A DNA stretch of 64,000 bases from Camelus dromedarius (Eukaryota): NCBI RefSeq assembly GCF_036321535.1, contig NC_087436.1, forward strand, positions 34,040,001-34,104,000. Reading direction: 5' to 3'. A program made the position numbers and the translations under genes. The notes beneath the pieces are model-generated. The model was not told the origin of the DNA. It made no database searches and saw only the letters and a program-made list of their open reading frames with translations. Shown piece after piece: positions 25,145 to 38,118 of this stretch; positions within the stretch are counted from its first letter, which is position 1, and each line of letters opens with the position of its first letter.

Positions 25145-27409
25145 GTCTCGGTGATTGTGTTAAACCTGCCGAGTTGTTTCCAGACAGCGTGTTGCGCCTG
25201 TGCAGTGTGCCTATGTGGTCCTGTGGTGTGCCCAGAAGGTCCAAGCTGGAAGTGTGGTTTAGTGTATCTGCTAAAGTAATTCTTGACTTTGGTTTCTGCA
25301 TCAGTATTAATTACAACCCGGGTCTCTGTGGTCAGACATACCTACTCATCAGGGACAGTTATTTATTTTTTGAGAATGTGTGCAAACATAATTCACATAT
25401 CAGTTTTTGTCAGGTGAATATCCAGATGCTGTATAATAGATTTGCTACATAACAAAACAATTTCCATGAACATGGGGAAAACATTCAGTTTTCCTAATGG
25501 ACTCACACATTATATAGTTCATATACTTAAGATACACTTCAGTTTTTAAAAACTGAATTAAATTTGTCAGGAGACAAAAAAATTCCCTACTAGAAACAAA
25601 GTGGACAACCTCTGTTTTGATCAATTTAATCCAACGACATATCTCAAAAAAGCAAAACCATCTTTTTCCATCCATATCACATGTGTCTGTCTGCCCGTTT
25701 GGGAAAGGGCTGTAAAATCTAAGGGGAGTTATTATGTTACTGATGAAAAGCTCCAATCTGTAACACATATGTGCATTTCACTATATAGTATCTGCTTATT
25801 TTCATTAAATTGCATTAAATGCTTCAATATGTAGCAGAGTCGTCCTCCTTAGGAAGCAGATACTTGTGGAATTCTTTGTGGTATCTTTGGGAATCCCTTT
25901 ACCATGTATCCATGGCATTCTGCCCCTACTAGACTCATCCCTTACTGTATGTACCCTGCTATATTTATTAAGATGGGGGAATTTTTCCTTTATTACTGTA
26001 AGATTTTGCTCTTGTCACTAAGCTACTGTTTTTGAACTGAAAAACAAGTGGAAGGGTCAATATATTTGAGAAAAAAATATAACACCTCTAGAAATTACTG
26101 CATGGTAACTGGTTTCTTACTTAAAGGCAGAAACAGAATTTTGGCCTCATTTTCTCCCTGAAACTACTATACTTTAGATCTAAGCTAAGGCTCGAAGTAG
26201 CAGAACAAAGAAAGCTGATATTTTCCAAGCTGAGGGAGTTTTGCCATTCATGCATATTCACCATATTAGGTATATGAAAATGAGTAACCACTTCTTTACA
26301 AGCTTTTATTCTCTGTTACATGACATACAAGTCTATACATGAACTTTAAAATAGTTGATTTTAAAATTTCCTCTTTTAAATGCTTTTTGTTATTAGTGGA
26401 AAAAAATAAATGCCAAATGTGCTTTAATGTTTAACTATTATTTTGTAACTGTACTTTTGTCAGCATCTGATAACATACAGGAGTTTTTCTTTTCACTTAT
26501 TCTAGGTTAACCATTCATCTTTGTAATCATTTAGATAGCAGTGTACCAGGCACACAGGAGATGCCGAATAAGGTTTCTTTTTAATCAAACTGAACTTTAA
26601 GTCCCCAAATCCATCTTATTTCCAAGTTTTCCACTTTACTAGCTGAAAGTCATCACTCTATTAATTTTGAGAGCAAACAATTCAGTTTTTTGAAATACAA
26701 AACATCGTAGATACCAGCTGTTTGTTTATTTTTGTACCAAAGAAAGCAAGTGAGATGTCAGAAAAAATAATTCTAGGTGAAATTCAGTGATTGCTTGTTA
26801 ATTTCAAATACAGATATCTGGAATAAGTTTGCTTGAGTAAAGAGCAAAAATCTCAGGGTACAAGGAGAGCCCATAGCATACTCTGATACATAAGTGTAAT
26901 CAATTAAGTATCTGAAACTCTGGAAATATGGTAAGTGTAGAACTTGATGCAACTGTTTTCTCTCATTTGGATGAGTCATTTAACAAGCAAACTCACACTT
27001 ACAGTTTACAAACTTGTGTTTACACTCAGCCAAGGGTGGCTGCAGCTTTGTCACTTCCTACACCTAGTGGAGGGACCTCAGGAAAGTGGCAACGATGACA
27101 GTCACAGCACTAACCTGTAGTCACTCATTAGTCAGTGCACACGTACCTGACCTTCCGGTTTCCCCTGCCCTAGCTTTGGAGTAGGAGAACCTGCATCAGA
27201 CAGCAGGGGAGGGAAGAATGTCCTTCTAAGTCTAGGTGCCTAGAGCGATTTCAAAGCAAACCAGCAACTCCTATTAAGCTATGTAGAAAAAGTAACATAT
27301 GTATTAAAATACTATTTGTTTTTATTTATAGATTTACTGCCTCCTAAAATAACTCACCTATGTGAAAAGATAATTCAGAACTTATTGTCACTAGTAATGG
27401 TAGCAATCA

Positions 27410-27575
27410 AAATTAACAGCATAATAATAGTGTATATGTCAGGTACTGTTCTAAGCAATTTATACATAATTAACTTGTTTAATCTTCAGCACTTCACAAA
27501 TCTGAGGCAAAGTAAGGTTAAATAATTTGCCCGAGGTCATACAAAAGGAATAAGTAATCTGACTCCAGATCCAGT
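27410..27575 (-). mobile_element. MIR SINE
   Basis: tatgtcaggtactgttctaagc...tgaggcaaagtaaggttaaataatttgcccgaggtcatac. Confidence 0.8.
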
Positions 27576-27734
27576 CAATCTCCCTAAGTTCATATTAAAA
27601 TAAACATATATGTACCTACTTGAAGTCTCAGATTTTTATCAACATCCCTCTAGCATTAAGCCCAGGTTCTATTACAAAAGAGGTACTCAAAATGCATGTG
27701 CTCACTTGAATGAGTCACATCCTACCTGAGAAGC

Positions 27735-27965
27735 TACACACTGCAGTGGTTAAAAGCAGCAACTCTTCAGTTAGAATTTTGAATCCTGGATTAGGGGCCT
27801 TGAAAGTTATATAATCTCTCTCTGCCTTACTTTCCTATTCTGTTACATGACAGTAAACATAGTACCTACGTCACAGAATCATCATGATGATTAAAGATCA
27901 AATATACATCAAGTGCCTAGAATAGTCCCTGGCACATAGGAAGCAGTGTAAGAATGTAGTTGATA
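27735..27965 (+). mobile_element. MIR SINE
   Basis: cagtggttaaaagc...tagtacctac...gtgcctagaatagtccctggcacatagg. Confidence 0.8.
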
Positions 27966-27985
27966 ATTGTGTTTGTGACTATAGC

Positions 27986-28336
27986 AGTTGTGAGTTGAAT
28001 TGTGTCCCCCAGAAGATATATTGGAATCCTAATCCCCAGTGGATGTGATTGTATTTGGAAATAGGGTCTTTGCAGACGTAAGTTAAGATGAGGTCAGACT
28101 GGATTAGAGTGAGCCCTAAACCCAGTATTGGTGTCCTTATAAGGAGAGAGACATTTGGAGATACAGAAAGACACAGGGAACAAGGCCAGGTGATGACAGA
28201 GGTAGAGACTAGAGTTCTGTTGCCAGAAGCCAAGAAATGCCAAGGATTGCTAACCAGAAATTAGGAAGAGGCAAGGAAGAATCCTTCCCTTTAGAAGGAA
28301 CATGGCCCTGCCAACATCTTCACCCCAGAACTGTGA
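27986..28336 (+). mobile_element. MaLR LTR (MLT1B/C-like)
   Basis: gttgaattgtgtccccc...tatttggaaatagggtctttgcaga...ggtgtccttataag...ccagaactgtga. Confidence 0.85.
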
Positions 28337-28719
28337 CAATGGCGACAATGATGATGATGGTGACTTCTTATTCATAGGTTGAATTAATTCACTCAGAAAT
28401 GTCTGTTAACTATTACATCAGACATCAAGATAGTCTAAAAACGTATGGCTTAAGTGGATTTATTAAATATGGCCTACTTATTAAAGTCTTAAATATTTAA
28501 AAATCAGAGCTTCATATTTGGAAGTGAACATGAAGTATTTAAATTTGAAGTTGTTCACACAAGGTCACTGTAGATGTAGAGGTGATGCAAGTATTTTGAA
28601 CTGGTTCCCACATCACATGTCATAAATGGCGATTATCAGTCTCTATCACTCTGAGAAGCCACCCAGAGGATTAAACTAATAGGAATTCAGCACATATTTC
28701 TGGAGGATAATGTCATTTT

Positions 28720-30097
28720 GAGATCTGGAAATTCATTTTATTACTTGGTTTATTCTGGTTAAATTATTTTAAAGATTTATTTTCTCATCCATGTATCAAG
28801 AATGTATTTTCTGCTGCTCATTCCCAGAGAAAAGGCAATGAAAAGTCTTGGCAAAGCTTATGACTTTCGCTGAATTGTAATATTGTAAATTAAATATTGT
28901 GATTTAAATTTGAAGTCATCAGGTGAGATGACTTCATGCGTTCCAGACCTGAGGACGAGTTCACATTCTCTTTTTCGGCCATGACAGATGAAAAGTATTT
29001 CGTCCATGTGAAAGAATATGGCGAAATAAACTATTTTTATGTTTTGAACCAGAGGTTGCTGGCTGTACACTTCTATTACGTCTGAGCTAGCATATGCTGT
29101 GCCGGTGTGTTTGTATGTCACTTGGTCTACCTTTAGAAAAACGCACTATGGTTCTCGGCCAGTCACTACATTAAACAAAATACATGGTATGAAAGCAACT
29201 AGAGTGAGAAAAAAAAAAAAGATGGATACATTGATAGGAATATTTTATATTCCTCTTGTGAGCTGTATTTCTTTGAATTCAGCCTTCAAGGTCAAATGCC
29301 ATTACATCAAAATTTTAAATCTGAGAAAGATGGGAAAGACAATTTGCACATGTGTGCAGTGTGTGTGTCTGTGTGTGCACACTGTCAGATTGCTCTAAAA
29401 CCAGCCTTGTAAATTGATTTGTGCCTTCTGAAGAAAAGCTCAATTCAATCTGATAACAAAGCAATGTTTCCTTTTTTAATCAAAAGTAGAATGTTACTTT
29501 CATTTTTTTTCCCAGTGTCCATTCAGGTTTCATAATAAAGATAAGCCATTTGAAAGTAAATCAAGCCGACTAAACTCTTCAGAAATTAATGTTGCAAGAA
29601 AATAGCTAAAAATAAAAATATGCAGAATCATGTAAGTCTAAGGAAAAACATGCTCACTATGTTCTGATTTACTTTTTAATATAAATAAATATCTCAGATC
29701 AGAGTTCAAGAGACATAGGAAGGAGGATAGCAACTAAACTGTTATTTTGGTTTTGCTAAGCACCACATTCCTTACATAATTGTCCCCTCTTCTTACTCTT
29801 TACAAATGTCCTCTTCCACGTGAATAGAGAAATAGCAGCCATCAATTTGTTTATCCAGTCCTTCATACTAAACCATTTATCAAGTCCTGATACATGTAAG
29901 GCATTAGGGAAAATGAGTAAAACGAGACTACCATGGGAACCGGTGTTCATTCGAGAGGTTTTATAGGAACAGACAGGACAGTCCTTCTGGATGTGAGCAG
30001 ATGTTTCTGCTTCCCTGGGTGGTTTCGCCTTGACTCAGGCGGTCTTCCTCTGGCCATGTCTTCTTTCAAAGCTGTCCTCCCTCTGGAGTTCACTGAT
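28720..30097 (-). other. Candidate terminal exon
   Basis: Acceptor gtgtctctgcccttgtttcccag at 30098; three minus-strand AATAAA at 28737-28781; no repeat recognised inside. Confidence 0.3.
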
Positions 30098-30478
30098 CTG
30101 GGAAACAAGGGCAGAGACACATCTGCCCACATCGTGGAGGAGACACTCAGGACTACCGTGAGCTACAAGTGCGATCAGCGCTACCAAGCACACATATGTA
30201 GGGGCTTTTTAGGAAAACCGTGGGTGAGAAATTGCATTGTTCTCAAAAATCTAGAATTTGGATCTTTGATCAAAGTTGTAAGTAATTTCATCTTTTACTG
30301 CCTCTGTTTTAGATAGTTTGCATGTTGATTCTTATGGAATCTTTTAATCTGAAGCTGGTCTTATTAATCCATCTGAAAATTAGATCTCAAGAAATTAAAG
30401 ACTTAGAGCTCTGTGCTTTTATATGAAGACCATAATAAGTCAGAGTGTAAATTTTAAATTACTTTTAGACTAAAAGAT

Positions 30479-30876
30479 TATATTAGTTTGCCAAGGCTGC
30501 CTTAACAAAGTATTACAGACAGGGTGGCTTCGACAAAAGAAATTTATTTTCTCTCAGTTCTGGAGGCTGGCAGCCCAAGATCCAGGTGTTGGCAGATTTG
30601 ATTTCTTCTGAGGCCTCCCTCCTTGGCTTGCAGATGGATGCCTTCAGACAGTGTCCTCACAGGGTTGTCCCTCTGTCTTTGTGGTCTGTGCCCTGATCTC
30701 TTTTTAGAAGGACACCAGTCGTATGGAATGAGGGCCCACTTTAATGACCTTTTTTTTTTTTTTTAACCTAATTGCCTCTTTAAAGATCCTGTCTCAAATA
30801 CAGTCACATTCTGAGGTACAAGGGGTTTAGGGCTTCCACATAGGAATTTTGAGGGGACACAGTTCAGCCCATAACA
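30479..30876 (-). mobile_element. MaLR solo LTR (MLT1A-like)
   Basis: tattagtttgccaaggctgcc...cagttctggaggctgg...ggggacacagttcagcccataaca; near-identical 5-bp TSD AAGAT/AAGGT. Confidence 0.88.
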
Positions 30877-33028
30877 AAGGTGTAACTTAAACACTGAAAA
30901 ATTACTGGAAGGTTAATAAATTTAGCAACTAAGATATGAAATTAAATATACCTTTCAAAAATAAAGATGAAATAAAACTTCCTATATATTAAACTTAATC
31001 AGGTTTCAAAATATGTAGGTAATTAGTTTAACTAGACTGATATTTTTCTTGAAAATCTTCCAAAACTGTAAGGGCTCACTCAACACAAAAACAAATGCCT
31101 CTTAATATCTTAACATTTAAAAAAAATTCCAAAACCTACGAAATTGGCATCAGTTGTTTGCCTATATAGAGGACTTTTAAAATGGTATGTAATATTGTGT
31201 AATATTGTTTAAGTTGCATCATATTCAGAGAGATAGTCACTCTTCCTCTAATCTATAACCAGCTACAATTCTTTAAGCTGTTTTACGTCCATAAATATCC
31301 CTTTCAATATGAGATGCAAATAAAACACATATTCTCTAAAAGCTGAACTCCTGAATTAGGGGCATTCTTGAGAACAGAAAAAGAAAAAAAAAGCATAGTA
31401 CTGTGTAGTAGGATGCTCTTGTCTCCCAAATGTCTCTGCTGTCCACTGGGAGAGGATTTAGGGCAGTAAAATTATAGAGTTTAATTTTTAAAACTTGTTG
31501 CTTTGATCTATATTAAATTGGAAAAAAAATTCCTCAGGGAAGAATTTAGGCTAATTTCTGTCATCTGATTTTTTTTAAAAGATAAGTTTCATCAGAGGAA
31601 AGAATGAGGCCTTAACGCCAGGTCCCTCAGTGCACGTGTGTGGGGTGGTGGCGGTGGTGGCTGCAGTAGGTCTGAGGGGTCTGAAGTTTCTGAGAGATTA
31701 CCAGGGAATATTGGTTGATGGATGAGAGGGAGGGAGGGAGGATGAAGGGGTGGAACTGAGAGAACGTGAGAATGGGGCACTGAACAAAATGCCCACTTAG
31801 GTGTGTTATTTCACACAAGCTCTTTAATTGTACTGACATAGGAGTGCCAAACATTTTACTGAATCCATTTCTTTCTGTTTGAGAGTTTCAAAAATCTCTT
31901 CTCCAGTTGCTGCCTAGATGAATCATAATTAATTTTCATCAGTTTGACCACTCAAGATTAGGCCCAGTCATTAAATTTTTTTTGAAAAGTTACTTTACAA
32001 ATACACAAAGTAAATATAAGTATTCAGACATTGTTCTTCTATTTATTTAAAATAGAGATATTAAACAAACCCAGCACTACCATTTTGCTTTCAAAATTCT
32101 TAATAACCCTTCATAAGCCTACCTTCACAATCATATTTCCAAAAGCTTTCATACTTTATCATACTCTCATTTTTGACTTTTTAGATTACATTACTGTTTT
32201 CTTACTGGAGAGAGTTTTTTCTATATACATGATTTTAAATTATATTTTAATAATACGTAAAGTAACAGGACTGTTTCTTCCAACAGCTTTGTTATCGGAG
32301 CTGCAAAGACTGCAGTTGACTGTGCACTTGGTACTGATTTAACTTGCTCTGCACTGATGAGAAGCTCTGGAAACCACTTGGAGATTATAAGGTGGACTCT
32401 GGAAAGGTGACTCCTGAGAGGACCCAAGAAGCATGAATACTGCTATCTTTCTGTCACTAGCTAACGGGAACCACTGTCTAAAACCAGCAGCAGTATAGAG
32501 AGGGACAGCTCTTAGCTCTTAGCGCCTGAGGGGTGAAGGCTTTGGGAGCCAAGGCAGTAAGCTTGCTTGATGAGGTCAGAGTTGAAGCAGGTGCAGGAGG
32601 TGTGTGCAACCATGTGTTTGGGGGAAGCAGACACTAAACACTTTGGTTTAGTTGCTTTAATTGCTGGAGTCACAGCAACTAATACATAGTTCCTGCTTTC
32701 CAAGTCTTCAGTTTCATCAGAAAGAAAACAGTAATATTGTAAAAGCAATGGATAGGGCACCAGAAGTTAATTAAAAAAAAAAAAACTTTAAAAAAAAAGA
32801 GAATTCATCACTTTAAAGTTGAATGCCAGTTTTTAATTTTTTAAAATTTTACCTTAAATATTATATTTTCCATAATTCTAATCAGGAATAGAATTAGTAT
32901 ATATATTAGTTGTTTAATTAAAGGCTTTTTTTGTCTGTTTAGAAAAGTTTATACTGACATTCCATGATTCTCAATTTTCAGTGCCAAAACAGAGAACTAA
33001 TTTGCCTGGTCGGGAGACAAGGCACCTT

Positions 33029-33040
33029 GCTCTCTAGTGG
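33029..33040 (-). promoter_or_regulatory. Candidate CTCF site
   Basis: Minus strand CCACTAGAGAGC, one mismatch to the core. Confidence 0.3.
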
Positions 33041-36000
33041 ATGCTAATTACTTGAAGGCAAAAAGCAGAAAGGCCTATAGCTTTCCAGAATTTGTTAGCT
33101 GAATGATGTGTTTATGTAAACATTTTAGGGAAGAGGATTATAACTCTTACCAGATTTTCAACATAATGACCCAAATTTATAAGTAACATTTACTTTGGGG
33201 ATAATGTAAAACTAAATGCCAAGCCTTTAAATTCTATTTTAGTGATAAAAACATCACAATGACTCATATTAGTTATGCTAACCTTTTGTCCCTAAGATCA
33301 TTTTTACACTAGCCTCAAATAAGTCCAACTTTCCCTCATCTTTATTTCTGGAATTCGCTTTTCTTAACTAAAAGTTTGCATCTTCCACAATGTCTGCCTC
33401 TTCCCATAATATCAAAGTCATTTTTCACTTCAACACTATTCTCTACATTTTATTCCCACTACATTCTACTTTATAATATTCTGGCCATAGTCACCAAATC
33501 ATCTTAGCAATACCATGTGTTCTAAGGTCAAGCTACAACTACTATTCATTTCTTCAAAAAGAAGAGCTAAGAATTAATATTTTAGATGTATTAAATATGC
33601 AAAGTTTTAAATGATATAAAATAATGCACTGAATTACAAAATGGCATTTTTTTCCTATTCTTACATTGTGTGAATTAATGTATTTAAATTTGGACCTTTA
33701 TTTTTGGCATAGGCCATTGTCGTCTCCAGAGCTTCTTTTTGAAATATAAAACACAATTTTAAAATCTATGCATGTTGTAATTGTAAATTTTATCTCAGAC
33801 CACAAATCACCGTTTACATTTGTGAACTCTACCATCTTTTTCCTGTAGTGACTTTGCAAATGTCTGTTTGAAGACTTGTTTGGAATATTCCATTTCAGTG
33901 TCTTCCCTAAATGGTAGTAATTCCAAGAGCACTCAGGAACTTAAGAGATTTGTAAGAATCTAAAAAAGTAATTTCCCAAGCATAACTGTGGAAAAATACA
34001 ACTTGGTTTATTTTGTGACGTATAAGATATATTAAATTGGACAATCAACTTATTTACAGTATACTTCTCTGCTGGTTATAAAACTGTCTCCAATGAATGA
34101 TTATTTCTTACTTTTCACACATACAACTGAATAATAATAAAAATCTATATATTTATAGAAACTGATCTCCTCAGTATCCCAGAATTAACTTGATTGATAT
34201 TCAAACACTTGGATAAGTAACATTGCATGGAAGTAAACTGTAGAGTACGTTTGAGTGTAACAAAATTTATCATCCATGATCTAATGCTCTCTGTGGGTGT
34301 GATTTCTTCTTATGTCTCCATTCTGGAAAAACAAAATTGATACCTTAATTTTTTTTAATTATTCTCAGTTTCTTACATTTGTAAACCCTTAGGAAGTTTT
34401 GGACTCAATTAGAGTTTCTCTTTTCCTTTTTAATTTATCCTTACAATTTCACGTAACTTATTTTTTCATAAGGCTATTTAGTGGTGATACACACTGGGTT
34501 TACCAGAATATATTTGACAGTAATAGTAATCAGTTTGAGTCCCATTCACATGGGGCATGGATCAAGCAATGAATTTTCTACTAGCCCTTAACATTGAGTA
34601 ATTTCAGCCAATCCTTCCACATTTCTTAAAATTACAAAATTGAATATGACTTTACATAATATCTTTTCATCTTTATTGAAGATTACTCTCCATACTGCAG
34701 AAAGGATTACCTAGTAATATGTAAGATCACAGTCATAGATGAGGTAACTTAGAAACCATAATAAAACATTACATTCAGTAATGCCAGTGACTGTACAGTA
34801 AGCTTTTCTTCCCATTTTAAAATGTCACCTAGTACAATTATTTTGGAGTGCAGGAAATTTGCATGTTAGAATGCTTTCTAATTTTCCTCCAGGTCATCAC
34901 TTCTATCATCAGAATAAGAGAGCAAGAATGAGTCAGAGACAAGAGGAAATGAAGACAATTGTAGCACAGTTTATATGTCAGATTTGTAGTGCCAAATGCT
35001 TTACAAGCTTTTTACATGTGTTCTGGTACTTTGCTAATGCAGCTACAATATCTCCAGGGCCTTTAACATCCTTTCTTTCATCTCTCAGTTGGCCCATAAA
35101 TTATGGTTAGGAGAGCAGAGGGGGAAAAAATGACCAGAGGGGTTTTCTAGTCATTTTTTCCAGTTTGATCATTTAAGACAAATTCTTTTTCCTCTTAATT
35201 GGTGCTACGTATTTTAGACAAACAGTTTAAATTTTACAGAATCCCACAAGCTAACCAGATAGCTAAGAAAGGTCCACTCCCTTTTCAGGTATTGACGGTG
35301 ATTTTAAAGGACCCACAGGTAGAGACAACGACATTCTTGCATTGGGTATTTTATGAGCAAGCTTCCCGCTTTCTCTCCTGTCAGCAATGAAAATAAGCCT
35401 AAAAATGAACTCAAGTTCAATTAGGGATTGTTTAGTTGACCTGCTCTTGAGTCAATCCTGATTTTCTTGTCACAGATTTTAGCTACAAAATTTATAGTGT
35501 GTGCAAACTGTGTGAGCCATGGCCCTCCAGAGCTGCTGAAATATGCAGGCTGAGCATTAAGTTTACCCTCCTCAAAGAGAGAACTTTTCCTTCAATGCGT
35601 GACCTACCTACTCTGAAACATCAAAATGGTTATATTTGGTAGTTTTCTTGCATTTTTTTTCAGGGCAGTGTTGTTTGGGGGTTTTTGCCTTTATATTTTA
35701 AGGTTAAAATAAATAAAATTAAGCAAAGCAAACAAATACTAACGTTCAAAGGCATTTGAAGATCTGTTACTCAACAATGAATATCAATATGTAGATTATT
35801 TTTTAATACAAATGCAGGTTTCATGACCTGGAAAACTGTGCACTATACACTTGATTTAGTTTCACTGATGGATTTTATTCACTCCACTATGCTATATTTC
35901 AAAACATCCAGCCAAGTATACATGGTACATATAGTTAGTAAAAACTAAGCCATTCCTTCATTTTGAGAAACTACTTTTTACTATACATAGCATATACAAA

Positions 36001-36142
36001 TCTGATTAGCATTCAGTATTATTTTGTAATTCTAAATATATTATGCATAAGAACTATTTCAATATAGTTTGCTTTCTTAAACTTAAGCCCTGCCGACCCC
36101 CAACCAAAATGCTAAGATAAACAAATGAATAATGGAATATTC

Positions 36143-37900
36143 TGTATCAGCTTCCTATTGCAGTACAACAAAGCATCCTACACTTTAGTGGCCTAGAAAG
36201 GAAGGATGTATTACTGCTTAGGAGTCTATAGGTCAGCAAGGTGGCTGTTCCAGTCCAGGACCATCTCCTTCCTCATCTGTGGTTTTCTGGCAGTGATCTT
36301 GGCAGCTCTGATTCTAGGAGTTTGCTGGATGCTGATAGGGGCACCTTGTTTTACTCTCCTGCTAGTTTAGATTTATTCATCCACTAGCAGAGCAAGTTTC
36401 AAGAGAATGACGTTCTTTTGAAAGTAAAGCTCAAAGACGTTGCAAGCTTCCTCTGAATCAGACTCAAGTCCGTTCTAATAGCCAAATACACAATTATTTG
36501 AGAGACATGCATCTCTCTCTAGATTTACTCCTGGCAGTTTTGGCCATGTCAGAAGATTATGGGATGAGACTCTTAAGTTTCTTAGAAACATTTTTATGTA
36601 GCTGAAAGGGAGGCCTGGGCACTGAGTTATAAGTCTTAATAAAGGGTTTTATAATAACTCACTCAACTTGATCTTGTCCTCAAAACTTGTTTTATGTTGG
36701 AACCCTCACTAGTTGGGAAGACAGAATTCAAGAAACAATTTTGCTTTTATTTTTCTTAGATTCCTCTAAATATTTCTTGAAAACTGATCAGGTCTTTCTC
36801 TAGTCCAGAGGTTTGCAATCTAAGAGCTGCAGGCCAAATTCAGCCCACCTCCTATTTTTATGTGGGCTGTGACCTAAGACTATTTGTTAAATTTTCTTTT
36901 CTATAGTTTTAAAAAAATCAAAACAAGGATAACATCTTGTGATACCTGTAAATTATGTTATATTTGCATTTTGGTGTCCATAAACAGGGTTTTTTAAAAC
37001 CCAGCCACACTTACTCATTTACATATTGGTTCTGACTGTTTTTGCACTGCAGTAGCGGAGTTGAAAACTGAGACAGAGATTGAATAGTCACAAAGTTACT
37101 ACTTGGCCCTTTACAAAAAAAGTTCACTGACTGCTGCTCTAACTCATATTTTTCTGTACTCCCTTATCATATTGCCACTAAAAGAAGCCAGCTGACATTT
37201 TAAACATTTTGTCTGAAAATCATTTTTGCCAATGTCTATCAGTTTAGTAAGAAAATATCTGTCAGTATAGTCTTGCCAATTGTTTTGTTAGTTTATAACA
37301 TAAGGCTCTATTTTTCCAGCCTTCAATAGCAATCTCTCACCATTTTCCAACCTCTACAAAATATTTGCTCATTATATTTCCATCATCTGCTTATTGCTTT
37401 GTTCTTCAACCAGTCTCGTATTTTAAGTCAGTAGCAGCCACTACTATGTACCAACTTCTATATCCATTACTTCTTACAGTTTAAGAAATAAACACAAAAT
37501 TCTGTGGCTTAAAACAGCAAGGATTTATTATTGCTCCTGAGTCTGAGTCAGTTGGGCAGTCATGCTGGTCTGACCTGGCCTTGTTCAGTATGTCTGAAAT
37601 TAACTTGTAAGCTGACTAGTCTAAGATGATCTCTATTACAGATCTCTTATTTGGCTGGCTATTGCTGGTCCAGCAGGAAAGACTGGGCTGCGGGCCTCTT
37701 GTCCTCAATCAGATGATCCTAGACCTGTCCTTGCAATGATGGTGGGGATGCAAAAAGGATAAGTGGAAGCATGCAAGGTTTCTTGAGGCATGGACTAGGA
37801 ACTAGCACTCCATAACTTCTTCCACAGTAAGTTAACGAGAGCAACCCAGCCCACATTTAATGAGTGGGGAAATAAATCCTTTATCTTGATGAAATAATTA
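36143..37900 (-). mobile_element. Two-LTR MaLR element (MLT1F/H-like LTR-internal-LTR)
   Basis: Two related LTR ends (tgtatcagcttcctattgc...gtggcctagaaag at 36143; tatatccattac...gtggcttaaaacagc at 37459); MaLR LTR/internal junction agcagccactactatgtaccaacttct at ~37433-37459. Confidence 0.65.
36806..37136. mobile_element. MER58B (hAT-Charlie) inserted into the MaLR internal region
   Basis: cagaggtttgcaa...gcaggccaaattcagcccac...ggccctttacaaaaaaagttcactgactgctg; flanks ctctagtc/ctctaact resemble a degraded hAT 8-bp TSD. Confidence 0.85.
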
Positions 37901-38060
37901 TAAAATGTATAATATTGTTTTAAGAAGCTTTTGATATACAGAGCATACAAGCATACAGAGCACACAAGCAAATCTGTGTTTGCTAATAGTCTTCAATTCT
38001 GAATATATTATGTGAAAGGAAGAATTGTTCTGTTTTCTCCAGTCCTAACATTGTAATGAT

Positions 38061-38118
38061 GACAAATGAATAAGGACACGCTCAAATAAGGACAAATGAA
38101 TAAGGACAAATGAATAAG
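38061..38118. repeat. 14-bp tandem repeat GACAAATGAATAAG
   Basis: Exact copies at 38061, 38091 and 38105, plus a variant 16-bp unit at 38075. Confidence 0.9.

Noticed and set aside
32287..32410. Frame FVIGAAKTAVDCALG after an acceptor, reminiscent of a Rossmann motif
   Set aside because: The GxGxxG/A glycines are absent, the donor is poor, and no neighbouring exons support it
32626..32682. Local hairpins (actaaac/gtttagt, ttgctg/cagcaa) as a pre-miRNA
   Set aside because: Stems are too short and interrupted for a pre-miRNA, and there is no match to a miRNA I recognise
34859..35110. FICQICSAKCF as a zinc-finger-like motif
   Set aside because: Histidine spacing does not fit C2H2; single isolated short ORF
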